Shown: in pieces, positions 1-10,194 of the stretch
Numbering within the stretch: position 1 is the first letter of the stretch
Layout: each line of letters starts with the position of its first letter
Assembly (NCBI GenBank): GCA_965237525.1
Contig: CBDEFO010000008.1
Location: forward strand, 800,001-864,000
DNA length: 64,000 nt
DNA from: Candidatus Latescibacterota bacterium
GTDB lineage: Bacteria; Latescibacterota; CBDEFO01
Direction of reading: 5' to 3'
Translations under genes and position numbers: made by a program
Notes under the pieces: generated by a model
The model's input: the letters and a program-made list of their open reading frames with translations, nothing else
Database searches by the model: none
Told to the model about the DNA's origin: nothing

Positions 1-366
1 CCCCATGGTGGCCCTGACGGTCATGGGAACCCTCGCCTGTCCTCCGGACATATACTGTATCTTTGCAGCCTGATTTACCATCTGGTCCATAATCAGCGTC
101 GTAAAGTCTCCAAACATAATCTCCACTATCGGCCGCATCCCCGTCAGCGCCGATCCGAGGGCCAATCCCGTAAAACCCGCCTCAGATATAGGAGTATCTA
201 CGACCCTTTCTTTTCCGAACTCCTCGCACAGGCCCTCAGAGACTTTGAATACACCTCCTGCCCCTGCCACCTCCTCGCCTAAGAGAAAGATCGTTTCGTC
301 CCTTCGCATCTCCTCTTGCATCGCTTCCCGGATTGCATCTTTATATGTAAGTGTCCTTTCAGACAT
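1..366 (-). CDS. 2-oxoacid/acetoin dehydrogenase E1 beta subunit, N-terminal part (runs off left edge)
   Basis: Manual translation MSERTLTYKDAIREAMQEEMRRDETIFLLGEEVAGAGGVFKV...DTPISEAGF...RPIVEIMFGDF; follows E1 alpha. Confidence 0.9.
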   Translation of the reverse strand, partial: MSERTLTYKDAIREAMQEEMRRDETIFLLGEEVAGAGGVFKVSEGLCEEFGKERVVDTPISEAGFTGLALGSALTGMRPIVEIMFGDFTTLIMDQMVNQAAKIQYMSGGQARVPMTVRATMG

Positions 367-400
367 AGACATCCCCTTTAGAATCAGTAGACAGCAGGTA

Positions 401-471
401 GTAGCCCCGATCCCCGATAGAGTCATTCGGGGACAGGCTCCCGATCGAATCGGTCGGGGGTTCAATCGAGG
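401..471. repeat. Nested CCCCGAT-family hairpin repeat cluster (REP-like)
   Basis: GTAG-ccccga[tccccgatagagtcattcgggga caggc][tcccgatcgaatcggtcggggg]ttcaatcgagg. Confidence 0.75.
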
Positions 472-538
472 TTAGACAGATCACCGCGTCCTCCCCATGC
501 GTTTTTTTAGGCGTAGACATCCTCTTCTACGCGTTTTT

Positions 539-1498
539 TTAGGCGTAGACATCCTCTTCTACTTCTTCGGGTGAGGGAAATGGGGAGTTCTTTCCGAACT
601 CTATGGCGTCTTCGATCTCTTTTTTGACTTGCTCTTCGATAGCCTCAAGTTCGTTTTCTGTGGCCAGTTTGTCGGAGAGTAGTTTGTCGCTGAATCTCTT
701 TATAGGATCCTTAGCCTTCCACTCTGCTATCTCCTCGTCGCTCCTATATGCGCCGGGGTCCCCAACGTGGTGCCCTCCCCAGCGGTATGTCTGACACTCG
801 ATGAGTGTGGCTCCTTCCCCTTTTCTGGCTATTTCGACCGCTTTCTTTACAGTTTCATATACGGCTACAACATCGTTGCCGTCGATCATGACTCCGGGTA
901 TATCGGTGGCGGCGGCTTTATCGACTATGTTCTGGCACGATGTGACATCCTTTGCCGCTGTATATTCTCCGTATTGGTTGTTCTCACAGATGAATACTAC
1001 GGGGAGCTTCCAAATAGACGCCAGGTTCATTGTCTCAAGCATTATGCCCTGGTTTACGGCTCCATCTCCAAAGAAGCAGACGGCAACCTGATCTGTGCCC
1101 TTCCTCTTGGCTGAGAACGCCGCCCCTGTGGCGATGCCGAATCCTCCTGCCACTATGCCGTTTGCTCCCAGGATGCCGATCGAGAGGTCAGCTATATGCA
1201 TAGAGCCACCTTTGCCCTTGCAGTATCCGTCTCTTTTCCCCATCACTTCTGCCATCATCCTGTCGAGTTGACCGCCTTTGGCTATGCAGTGTCCGTGTCC
1301 TCTGTGAGTGCTAGTGATGTAGTCATCATCCCTCAGGCTGGAGCACGCGCCCACAGCTACAGCTTCCTCGCCAATATATAGATGGGCCAGTCCCGACATC
1401 AGTCCGTGCGTGTAGACGTACCAGATGCCCTCCTCAAAGTGCCGGATCTGGAGCATCTTGCGATACATTTCGATCAATGAGTCTTTGCCAAGCTCCAT
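539..1498 (-). CDS. TPP-dependent dehydrogenase E1 alpha subunit (PdhA/AcoA-like)
   Basis: STHRGHGH, GKGGSMH, FGDGA...ENNQY TPP motif, TYRWGGH. Confidence 0.95.
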   Translation of the reverse strand: MELGKDSLIEMYRKMLQIRHFEEGIWYVYTHGLMSGLAHLYIGEEAVAVGACSSLRDDDYITSTHRGHGHCIAKGGQLDRMMAEVMGKRDGYCKGKGGSMHIADLSIGILGANGIVAGGFGIATGAAFSAKRKGTDQVAVCFFGDGAVNQGIMLETMNLASIWKLPVVFICENNQYGEYTAAKDVTSCQNIVDKAAATDIPGVMIDGNDVVAVYETVKKAVEIARKGEGATLIECQTYRWGGHHVGDPGAYRSDEEIAEWKAKDPIKRFSDKLLSDKLATENELEAIEEQVKKEIEDAIEFGKNSPFPSPEEVEEDVYA

Positions 1499-1578
1499 AT
1501 CGTCTCCTGTCTCTTGCTTACGCGTTTATCTTCTGGGCCTGATTAAGCTAATTATTTTGGGGCTTTCCAAGTATTAGT

Positions 1579-1607
1579 AATATAGTTTAGCGCTCTGTTT
1601 ATGTCAA
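1579..1607 (-). promoter_or_regulatory. Sigma70-type promoter for E1 alpha/beta
   Basis: TTGACA-17 bp-TATATT on minus strand. Confidence 0.6.
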
Positions 1608-1703
1608 GCGCTTATTTTCAAGTCTTGTGATTCGGACAGGCATCATTTTTCAAGGATTTGTCGCACATAAAACACATCCGGGGACAGAAGCGTGTGTCTG
1701 CCC

Positions 1704-1890
1704 TTGGGCAGCGCGATTCGATAAAGAAAAGACAAGAGACGGGATATGCTTACATTGGAATGGGTTTGCCGAGGGATTTGTGAAGGATGTGAAGGATGTG
1801 AAGGATTTTGTACATCTTATGCTCACAAAATTTTTAAAAAATGAGAGCACAACATATAGAAAAAATGTTCACAATGTTCACATCCTTCAC
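1704..1890 (+). mobile_element. Relic: 3' tip of a P4/D5-type primase gene followed by an inverted 9-bp iteron origin
   Basis: Frameshifted RFDKEKTRDG/YAYIGMGL resembles the end of the primase at 48078 (RLVKVKKEDGFYYLGAGL); (TGTGAAGGA)x3 at 1779-1806, AT-rich spacer, inverted copies at 1866-1890. Confidence 0.55.
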
Positions 1891-1984
1891 GCGACTTTCT
1901 TGTGATTGAGATCTGATGGACTCTTTATGTCTTTTCTTTGTAAAGTCACCTATGTCACAACTTGTTCGGCAAAAATGAATAATA

Positions 1985-2109
1985 ATCTATTTACACCATT
2001 CTTCCGACACACCTCTGCTACTTCCGCTCCTTTCAAAAGAGCCAACACCACCTCTGCCTTACGGGTCCCAGTCCAGCGCTTACCATCTTTCACTTCGGGG
2101 CTTGACACT
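1985..2109 (-). pseudogene. Transposase OrfA-like HTH N-terminal fragment (IS3-like)
   Basis: AAGGAGG RBS then VSSPEVKDGKRWTGTRKAEVVLALLKGAEVAEVCRKNGV, truncated. Confidence 0.5.
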
Positions 2110-2120
2110 TTGACCTCCTT

Positions 2121-2149
2121 TCCCCGATAGCATCACTCGGGGACAAGCC
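2121..2149. repeat. CCCCGAT-family hairpin
   Basis: tccccgatagcatcactcggggacaagcc. Confidence 0.7.
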
Positions 2150-2295
2150 TCAAACCCAAATTTGCAAAATATCTATCGCTCTGTCACGGGGAGCGGTATG
2201 TTCGGGCTAATTGCCATACCTTCATACTTTCACTTTTTCGTGTTTCTGTTAGTCTTTTTTGAGTCTGCAAGGATTTTCGTGTAAATGGCTCTGGA

Positions 2296-3552
2296 CTACA
2301 TCCCGAATAGTTTACGAACCTTGGACCAACCTGCCATTAGGAAAAAGAGCAGGATAGCCATCAAGAGAGCCGATGTCAAGGGATGGTTGCGGTATCGTTC
2401 CCCAATCCACGCCGTTCGACTATTCAAGAGCAAGAGTACGAACGCTAACATGGGAATAAAGACGGCTCCGACGATGGCATAAGACTTCTGCATTTTGGTA
2501 AACCCAACCCACAGTCCAAGCATGGGAAGAGTCGCCATGCTGTATAAGTACCATCGATAAGGGACCGAATGAGTGCTAATAGGTCGATCTTTTGCGAATT
2601 GATCTTTCCGTATCATGGCCCAAAGATCCGTGAACAGATACGGGACACTCTGCCACACTCCCAACAGACTGCTGAAAATGGCTCCAAATGCACCCAGTAA
2701 AAAAGCCCATTTACCTGCCCAACCCAGCGTTTCTTCCAACCTCACGGCTAATTGGGTCACCAAGGTGGCGCCTCTACCTTCCACCTGAATGGTGCTCCCG
2801 ATCACGACCATGGCCAACCCGAACAGGGCCGTCATCGCATACGCGATGCCCAGGTCGATACGACAGACGCCTAAATCATCATCGCTGAAACGTCCTTCCT
2901 CGCGGATCCAATAACCGTAACATAAGATCGTTACCGTACCGCCGACACCACCTATCAAGGCGATCGTCCAGGGCAATCCTGCGCCATCTAGGTCGGGAAC
3001 GGTGGGCCACACCAGTCCCCTCAGGAGTTCGCTCCAAACGGGTTTCAAGAGGATGGCGGTCATGACCACGGTGACGAACATCAGACCAATACAGAGGCCC
3101 ATCACTTTTCCAAACAGGCGATATCCGCCCAGACGAACTAAGATCACACCCAGCATACTGAGAATCATGCCGTAGACGATTTTCCCGGTGGACGGATCGT
3201 AAAAGAAGGGGAAAATGGCTTGAGCTGCTACCCCACAGGCGCTCATCAGCGCTGCGGCCACCAGGAAGCTCCATATCAGCAAATAGACTAGAAAAATATA
3301 TTGGGCGGGACGACCCAGGTGGCTGATAGCCCCTTCAAGCAGCGTATCACCAGTGGCCAGTTGCCAGCGGGTCAATCCTTCATTCAATAGAAACTTGAAG
3401 AAGGCGCCCAAAAGAACCGCCCAGAGGATCGCTACTCCTAAATTGCTTCCCGCGAGGGCCGCGGTGGCCAGATCACCCGCTCCGACCCCGGTGCCCGCCA
3501 CCAGGATCCCCGGACCGATGACCGACAGTAGGTTTTTCTTTCTCTTCGACAT
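2296..3552 (-). CDS. NRAMP-family divalent metal transporter
   Basis: GPGILVAGTGVGAGDL...KFLLNEGLTRWQLATG; about 11 hydrophobic helices. Confidence 0.85.
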   Translation of the reverse strand: MSKRKKNLLSVIGPGILVAGTGVGAGDLATAALAGSNLGVAILWAVLLGAFFKFLLNEGLTRWQLATGDTLLEGAISHLGRPAQYIFLVYLLIWSFLVAAALMSACGVAAQAIFPFFYDPSTGKIVYGMILSMLGVILVRLGGYRLFGKVMGLCIGLMFVTVVMTAILLKPVWSELLRGLVWPTVPDLDGAGLPWTIALIGGVGGTVTILCYGYWIREEGRFSDDDLGVCRIDLGIAYAMTALFGLAMVVIGSTIQVEGRGATLVTQLAVRLEETLGWAGKWAFLLGAFGAIFSSLLGVWQSVPYLFTDLWAMIRKDQFAKDRPISTHSVPYRWYLYSMATLPMLGLWVGFTKMQKSYAIVGAVFIPMLAFVLLLLNSRTAWIGERYRNHPLTSALLMAILLFFLMAGWSKVRKLFGM

Positions 3553-3600
3553 AGGGGTTCTTTTCCAATTTTTTCGTGTGCGGAGCAGCGCTCTATTAAA

Positions 3601-4190
3601 CCGACATTCCCCATATTACATTCATGAGGGATTATATTTCGATACAATCTTGTTCGTGAATGAATATTACCACTTTTACATTTTTCAACAAGTACTTTTT
3701 TCAATCAAAATAGCATTTTCCTCTGAATTATCTCTTTCTTTGTGTTTAAATCCTCCAATTGGAGGCGCCTCTCCATCGACTCACAAAAAAATGTGGCAGT
3801 TTAAACAGAGTAACATCGCAATCGTTCAATCCGGCATAATATTTCGGCAAATAATCTCTTGTCTATCCCAACCTCAGCCATCTGAAACGTGATGTATCTG
3901 CTGTGCCTGACAATCTTCGCGCCAATCTTGATCAATTTCACAAGGAGGCTGCCAAGAGACCAGTGTTTGATTATCCCTGGAAGAACCAACCGCCTCAGAA
4001 AGTTTCCAAGATTATAGGCCAGAACAAATAACCAGAGCCTCACCTGATCCCCGCTCCCCTATAGATTCAATAGGGGATCACAATCGGGGACGTTGGCATG
4101 ATAGCCGGGCCCAGTTCAGAGCATATTTGCCTTCCTTAATCCATTGTTCGGCAGTACCTCGGCCATTGTAGAAATGAACCACGCCTTGTG
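3601..4190 (-). mobile_element. IS1380-family remnant (transposase C-terminus and terminal end), interrupted by a nested hairpin
   Basis: VVHFYNGRGTAEQWIKEGKYALNWARLSC...QVRLWLFVLAYNLGNFLRRL...LIKIGAKIVRHSRY; ATGGGGAATGTCGG end at ~3601. Confidence 0.8.
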
Positions 4191-4440
4191 TCCCCGCTCC
4201 CTTATAGATTCAATAGGGGATCACAATCTGGCGCTCTCTATCTGTCTGCTGACGACTTGGCGAACACGTGGGCCTGTCACCGAATGGCTCAATCGGGGAT
4301 CGCCCCAACACTGAACTCCTCTGTATCCCCCCTTAAATAAGGGGGGATACAGAGGAGTTCAGCAGACCCGTGTGTCTGCCCTTGCGGACGACCACTTCGT
4401 GGTTTGTTGCGTCCACTCCCCAGCAACCCACGAAGTGGCG
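4047..4440. repeat. Palindrome cluster: two nested hairpin units (4047-4090, 4191-4230), a perfect 25-bp-arm palindrome (4311-4362), REP-like cagacccgtgtgtctgccc and ccacttcgtgg...ccacgaagtgg
   Basis: Inverted repeats read directly. Confidence 0.8.
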
Positions 4441-4627
4441 AAGTGACCTGGACCCCACAAATACATACGTTGTGGCGAATCGTTATCCCCTGGTAAAACT
4501 TAGACTTTACGTTTTCGGATCAGAAGGTTTCTGAATCAGAGTTTCAAGTATCCGATGGGCAGGTAACAGGTTAGCTCAGACGTCCTGCTTTTTGCAGCCT
4601 TACTTTCTTGATTTCCCGCAGTGATTA

Positions 4628-4656
4628 TTGACATCTAACACCTTATTTTGTATCTT
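4628..4656 (+). promoter_or_regulatory. Sigma70-type promoter of HEAT-repeat gene
   Basis: TTGACA-17 bp-TATCTT. Confidence 0.6.
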
Positions 4657-4689
4657 ACCTCCTGAACTTCCAAAGGTGAGGAACAAGAA

Positions 4690-6836
4690 ATGGGAATCTT
4701 TGATTCGCTATTTAAGCCAGACGTGGATGCATTAAGTGCGGAAAGAAATGTGAAAGCCTTAATCAGGGCATTGGGATATAGGAAGGATCAGGATGTTCAA
4801 CAGAGAGCAGCGCGGGCGCTGGTAAAGATAGGCTATCCCGTTGTCGAAGCTTTGATTGCTGCATTGAAGGATCCAGATCGGGATATCCGAGGGGGCGCAG
4901 CCAGGGCTCTGGGAAAGATAGGGGATGTCCGTGCAGTGGAACCTTTGATCGGCGCCTTGAAGGATCAGGGTCGGGGTATCCGAGAGAGCAGGAAGGGCTC
5001 TGGTAAAGATAGGCAACCCCGCTGCTGAGTTTTTGATTGCTGCATTGAAGGATGCAGATTGGAATGTCCGCCAGAGTGCAGCAGAGACTCTTGATAAGCT
5101 AGGCTGGCTTCCCGATGACCAGACTCAGCAGATTACTTATCTGATTGTCAAAGAGGATTGGAAAAAGTTAGAGCAAATTGGAGAACCCGCTGTCCTGCCC
5201 TTGATCGCTGTCTTGAACGATAGGGGTGCGACTTCGGATGTCCGGCAAAGTGCATCAGATGTTCTGGGCAAGATAGGGGATGCCTGTGCAGCCGAGGCGT
5301 TGATTTCCGCCTTGAAGGATGGAGATTCAAGTGTCCGAGAGAGTGCAAAAGAATCCCTGGCAAAGATAGGCGAGCACACAGTTGAGCTTTTAATTTCTGC
5401 CTTGGAGGATGAGGATTCAAGGGTCCGGCAAAGTGCAGCGGCCATTCTGGGAAAGACAGGGGATGTCCGTGCGGTAGAGCCCATGATTTCCGCCTTGAAG
5501 GATGGAGATTCAAGTGTCCGAGAGAGTGCAAAAGAATCCCTGGCAAAGATAGGCGAGCACACAGTTGAGCTTTTAATTTCTGCCTTGGAGGATGAGGATT
5601 CAAGGGTCCGGCAAAGTGCAGCGGCCATTCTGGGAAAGACAGGGGATGTCCGTGCGGTAGAGCCCATGATTTCCGCCTTGAAGGATGGAGATTCAAGTGT
5701 CCGAGAGAGTGCAAGAGAGGCTTTGATAAATATAGGTATACCTACAGTTCAGCATTTGAACGCTACCTTGAAGGATGCAGATGAAGATTCGGTTGTCCGA
5801 GCCAGTGCAGCCGATGTGCTGGGAGAGATAGAAGATGACGGTGCTGTCCAGCCTTTGATTGTTGCCTTGAAGGATGACGATAGTAACCTCCAGGCGGGAG
5901 CGGTAGGGGCACTGATAAAGATAGGGAAGCCCACAGTCGAACGCTTGATTGCCGCCTTGAAGGATGAGGACAAGGGTGTCCGACAGAGGGTAGCGGGGGC
6001 ATTGGGAGAGATAGGGGATACCCGTGCTCTTGAGCCTTTGATCGCCGCCCTGGAGGATGAAGATTGGGGTGTGCGATGGAAGGCAGCAGAGACTCTGGTG
6101 AAGATAGGGGACGTCCGTGCTGTCCGGCCTTTAATTGCTGCCCTGGAGGATGAAGATGAGGGTGTCCGCTGGAGAGCAGCATGGGCATTAGGTGAGATCG
6201 GCGATGTCGGCGCTGTCGAGCCTTTGATAGCTGCCCTGGAGGATGAGGATAAGGGTGTCCGTCAGAGCGCAGCCAAGGCATTAGGAGAGACAGGGGATGT
6301 CCGTTCCTCTCGAGCCTTTGATTGCCGTTCTGGAGGATGCCGATGTGGGTGTCCGTCAGAGCGCAGCGGAGGCATTGGGACAGATAGGTGATGTCCGCGC
6401 TGCCCGACCTTTGATTAACGCCATGGAGGATAAAGATGCAGATGTCCGATTACGTGTATCAGAGGCTCTCGTAAAGATAGGGGATATTAGCGCAATTGAG
6501 CCTTTGATTGATGCCCTGAGGGATGAAGATTCGGGTGTCCGATGGAGTGCAGCATGGGTACTGGGAGGGACAGGTGACGCTCGTGCCGCAGGGCCTCTGA
6601 TTGCTGCCCTGGAGGATGAAGATCTGAGTGTTCGCCAGAGGGCAGCAGAGGCTCTGGTAAAGATAGGCAACCCGACAGTTGAGGCTCTGATTAATGCATT
6701 GGAGAATGAAGAGTGGGGTGTCCAATTGGGTGCATCAGGAGCTCTGAAAAAGATAACAGGGAAAGACTTCGGACGAGATCATGCAGAATGGCAGCAGTGG
6801 TGGGAGGAAAACAAGGAGACAGTAGCCCCCGATTGA
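4690..6836 (+). CDS. Long HEAT/PBS-lyase repeat protein split into three ORFs by two frameshifts
   Basis: Continuous VR..AA.ALG.IGD..AVEPLI.AL.D repeats across ORFs 4690-5028, 5033-6391, 6297-6836; ends GKDFG.D...WQQWW. Confidence 0.85.
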
Positions 6837-6862
6837 ATCTATCGGGGGTAGATAGTAGATAG
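6822..6862. repeat. CCCCGAT hairpin supplying the stop codon, followed by GTAGATA heptamers
   Basis: gtagcccccgatTGAatctatcgggggtagatagtagatag between convergent genes. Confidence 0.75.
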
Positions 6863-6885
6863 GGAGCACCGCCCATTCCTGACTA

Positions 6886-9800
6886 CTACACCAATGAGAC
6901 AGCCCTCCTTATGTAAGCGGAAAAGTCATCTATCAGGGAATATATAGTCGGAGCGATTACGAGTGTCAGAAATGTGGATGTGGTGAGACCCGCTATTATC
7001 ACAAGCCCTACAGGCGCCCAGAAGGCGTCTCCACCTTCGGCGGTCCCCAAAATTAGAGGGGTCACCATCGGCAGAAGTCCCAGTATGGTCGTCACCGATG
7101 TCATAAGGATCGGTCTGAGCCTGTTCTGTCCCCCTCTTATTATGGCGTCTCTCTTCGGCATCCCCTCTCTCCTTAAATGATTTATATGATCTATCAGCAC
7201 AATTCCATTATTTACCACCAGCCCAAAGAGGATCAGTAGTCCCATAATGCCCATTGGATCCAATGGCCTCTGCATAAGGAGCAGAACCCCGCAGACGCCT
7301 ATGAGTGAAAAGGGTATCGAGAACATTATGGTGAAGGGGTGAGAGTAGGACTCAAAAAGCGATGCCATAATGATGTAAATGAGCGCCGCGGACAGAAGCA
7401 AGGCGAAGTTGCTGCCGACATCCATCTCCAGAGTCCTCCTGTAGTTTTCGCCCATCTGCCACGTATATCCGGAGGGGAACGCCTCACTCTTCAGCCTCTC
7501 TTCGATCTTCCTGCCCGCCGCATACATCCCCATCCTCTCCGGCGTGTTGGCAAAGACATTCACGATAGTCTTCCTGTCCTCCCGCCTTATGGCCGTCGGA
7601 CCTTTTTTATGCTTAAATGCCGCCAGACTCCCGAACGACACCATCTCCCCGCGGCTATTTTCGAACATCGTGTTCTTAAGCTGTTCCAGATTAGCCCTGT
7701 CCTCTTCCTTAAGCTGGACAGTTATGTCTATCTCCCCGTCTTCGGTCTTATATGTAGTCCCTGCCCTTGTCCCTAAAGCCTCGGAGATAGTCCTTGCAAC
7801 CTGCATCGGGGAGAGCCCGTATCGGCTTGCCTTTTCTCTGTGCACCCGCACCTGAATCTCCTCCTCTCCCCTTTCAAGGCTCGTATCTATGTCCTCAATT
7901 CCCTCTATGTCTGAAAGTCTATCCTTCACATTTTCCGCCAGAACCTTCAGGACCGATGTGCTCTTCCCCTTTATGTCCACCGATACCCCTATGTTTCCTC
8001 CCCTGCCTCGCATCCTCTCCATCTTGAACTTAACGCCTGGGATCACAGGCAGCATGGATTTTACTTCGTTCTTAACGTGCATAGTCGAGCGCTGGCCTTC
8101 CTCGGCAAGATGCAGCGTCATTCTCCCGCTCCGTGCTCTGAAATTTGCAGAGAGATTCTCCAACTCCAATTCGTCTTTCTTTTTAAGGATCATCTCCTCC
8201 AACTTTGTGAATAGACCTAATGCGTCCTCTTCGGTGTAGTGCCTCGGCAGTTCCACAGTTATATCTACCTGACGGGGCGGAATCCAGGGGTTTGGAAGCC
8301 GATCTATCTGGCTTAAAAGATAGAGAAACATCCCTGTGATAACTAAAGCCACAGCTATAGTCGTCTTCCTGAACTTCAAAGTCCAGCCTATGATGGAGGT
8401 GTATTTCGCTGTCAGCCGTACCAGAAAGCGACTGCGCTCTTTTTCGGCTCCCTTAAACATCCGTGAGGAGGCCAGAGGGATCAAAGTCAGCGCCACGAAT
8501 AAAGATGATACTAAAGCCGCACATATCGTGATCCCGAAATCTTTCATCCATATCATAAGCCTGTTATCTCCTAAGAAGATAAGGGGCACAAACACGCAGA
8601 TAGTCGTGGCTGTGGCTGCCATCACGGCAGTCCCCACCTCTCTGCTGCCCAATAGAGCCGCACCTCCCGCATCTAACTTCTCATCCTGCCTCTTTCTGAA
8701 TATACTCTCCAAGACCACAACTGCTGGGTCAACCAACATCCCCACAGCCAGCATCAGCCCCATTGTAGAGACTAAATTGATCGTTATGGTGGAATTGAAA
8801 AAGACCCTCGCCATATACATAAACATAAAGGCGCACAGGACAGATATCGGGATAGACAAACATATAATGAGCGTGCTCTTTACAGAGCGCAAAAATAAGA
8901 GGATCACCGCGACGACAAGTACGCCTCCCAGAAGTCCTGAATCCCTGAGCGTGTTCAGCCTATCTGTAGTGCCCTTCGATTCATCTCTGTAGATATGGAT
9001 GTTGAGCCAGTCTTCCCCGACCTCTGATCTTATCTTATCCAGAGCCGATCTTACCTTTACGGAAACCCGGACCATATTGGCAGTCGAAGCCTTGTAGACC
9101 TGAATAGATATAGCATTATGCCCGTTTAGCTTCTGAAAGGACCTCTTTATCGGATAGTCGTAGCTGACCTTTGCTAAGTCTGAAAGCACTATGTTCTTGC
9201 CCGGTATCGGCATCTGGGAGATCTCTTTTATACTTTGAAATTCTCCTATCGCGCGTATGGAAAATTTCCGCCCGCCGTCTATCACTTCTCCCAGAGACAG
9301 GTTTATATTATTCCTACTCAAAAGACCGTTCAGAACGGAAATATCCACATTGTGAGCCTGAAGAAGTCCCTGATCTAACTCCACCAGAAGTTCCTTCTTA
9401 TCAAGTCCGCGCACCTCCACGTTGGCCACGCCGTCTATCCTTGAGAGTCGAGGCTCGATCATATCCTCAACGATTGAGTAGAGTTTCTGCTTTGGTCCTT
9501 CAAAGGCGACGCTGAACCTCATTATGGGCCTGTCTGTCGTCTGCCATCTGTGGATGCGCATCCTTTCTACGTCCTCAGGCAGTTCCGCCCTTACCTGATC
9601 GAGCCTGTCCCTGACCTCCAGCGCCATTAAGTCCATATCTGTCCCGAACTGGAACTCCAAGCTTACGGAAGAATTAGACCTCGAGGACGATGAATTCATC
9701 TTTTTAAGCTTGCCGAGCGTCCCCATGGCGTCCTCTATGGGGATGGTGATAAGCTCCTCCACTTCCTCGGGAGACGAAGAACTGTAAGGCACAGAGATCC

Positions 9801-9936
9801 GTATGCTGGGCCACGACATCTCAGGGAAGAACATCAGTGGGAGGCGATATATCGAAATTATCCCCAGGACGATCAGGCTTAAGATCACCATCAGGGTGGT
9901 GATCGGTCTTTCTATACAGAACTTGGAGAGGTTCAT
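6886..9936 (-). CDS. RND efflux permease (AcrB/MdtB-C family), second subunit
   Basis: MNLSKFCIERP start with GAGGAG RBS; GMLVD; RLRPILMT. Confidence 0.95.
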   Translation of the reverse strand: MNLSKFCIERPITTLMVILSLIVLGIISIYRLPLMFFPEMSWPSIRISVPYSSSSPEEVEELITIPIEDAMGTLGKLKKMNSSSSRSNSSVSLEFQFGTDMDLMALEVRDRLDQVRAELPEDVERMRIHRWQTTDRPIMRFSVAFEGPKQKLYSIVEDMIEPRLSRIDGVANVEVRGLDKKELLVELDQGLLQAHNVDISVLNGLLSRNNINLSLGEVIDGGRKFSIRAIGEFQSIKEISQMPIPGKNIVLSDLAKVSYDYPIKRSFQKLNGHNAISIQVYKASTANMVRVSVKVRSALDKIRSEVGEDWLNIHIYRDESKGTTDRLNTLRDSGLLGGVLVVAVILLFLRSVKSTLIICLSIPISVLCAFMFMYMARVFFNSTITINLVSTMGLMLAVGMLVDPAVVVLESIFRKRQDEKLDAGGAALLGSREVGTAVMAATATTICVFVPLIFLGDNRLMIWMKDFGITICAALVSSLFVALTLIPLASSRMFKGAEKERSRFLVRLTAKYTSIIGWTLKFRKTTIAVALVITGMFLYLLSQIDRLPNPWIPPRQVDITVELPRHYTEEDALGLFTKLEEMILKKKDELELENLSANFRARSGRMTLHLAEEGQRSTMHVKNEVKSMLPVIPGVKFKMERMRGRGGNIGVSVDIKGKSTSVLKVLAENVKDRLSDIEGIEDIDTSLERGEEEIQVRVHREKASRYGLSPMQVARTISEALGTRAGTTYKTEDGEIDITVQLKEEDRANLEQLKNTMFENSRGEMVSFGSLAAFKHKKGPTAIRREDRKTIVNVFANTPERMGMYAAGRKIEERLKSEAFPSGYTWQMGENYRRTLEMDVGSNFALLLSAALIYIIMASLFESYSHPFTIMFSIPFSLIGVCGVLLLMQRPLDPMGIMGLLILFGLVVNNGIVLIDHINHLRREGMPKRDAIIRGGQNRLRPILMTSVTTILGLLPMVTPLILGTAEGGDAFWAPVGLVIIAGLTTSTFLTLVIAPTIYSLIDDFSAYIRRAVSLV

Positions 9937-10091
9937 CGTCTCCTCGGTAGCGATGTTGTCAACTTGCAGTGTAGATGCCGCTTCTTTTTTGCTTTGTTGC
10001 AGTAACAAAAAACATCGTCACCGCACGCATGCATGAGGTGTGTTGTCTGTTTCTTAGTCGTCTATTTCTAAGTCGTCTGTTATAATGTAAG

Positions 10092-10194
10092 GATAGGTCA
10101 GATCTGACCTGTCTAGATAGGTCACATCTGAGCTGTCTTAATGTTGACCGTTCATTTCTGACCCTTCTAGATAGGTCACATCTGACCTGTCTAG
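10092..10194. repeat. 24-bp palindromic direct repeats (candidate iterons)
   Basis: gataggtcagatctgacctgtcta, gataggtcacatctgagctgtctt, one degenerate unit, gataggtcacatctgacctgtcta. Confidence 0.75.

Noticed and set aside
499..562. 32-bp tandem duplication of the E1 alpha 3' end
   Set aside because: Simple slippage or assembly duplicate; coding sequence unaffected
4690..6836. Programmed frameshifting in the HEAT gene
   Set aside because: Indels are scattered through many genes in the window; consensus error is more parsimonious
10092..10194. Palindromic repeats as a CRISPR array
   Set aside because: Units abut with no unique spacers; no cas genes
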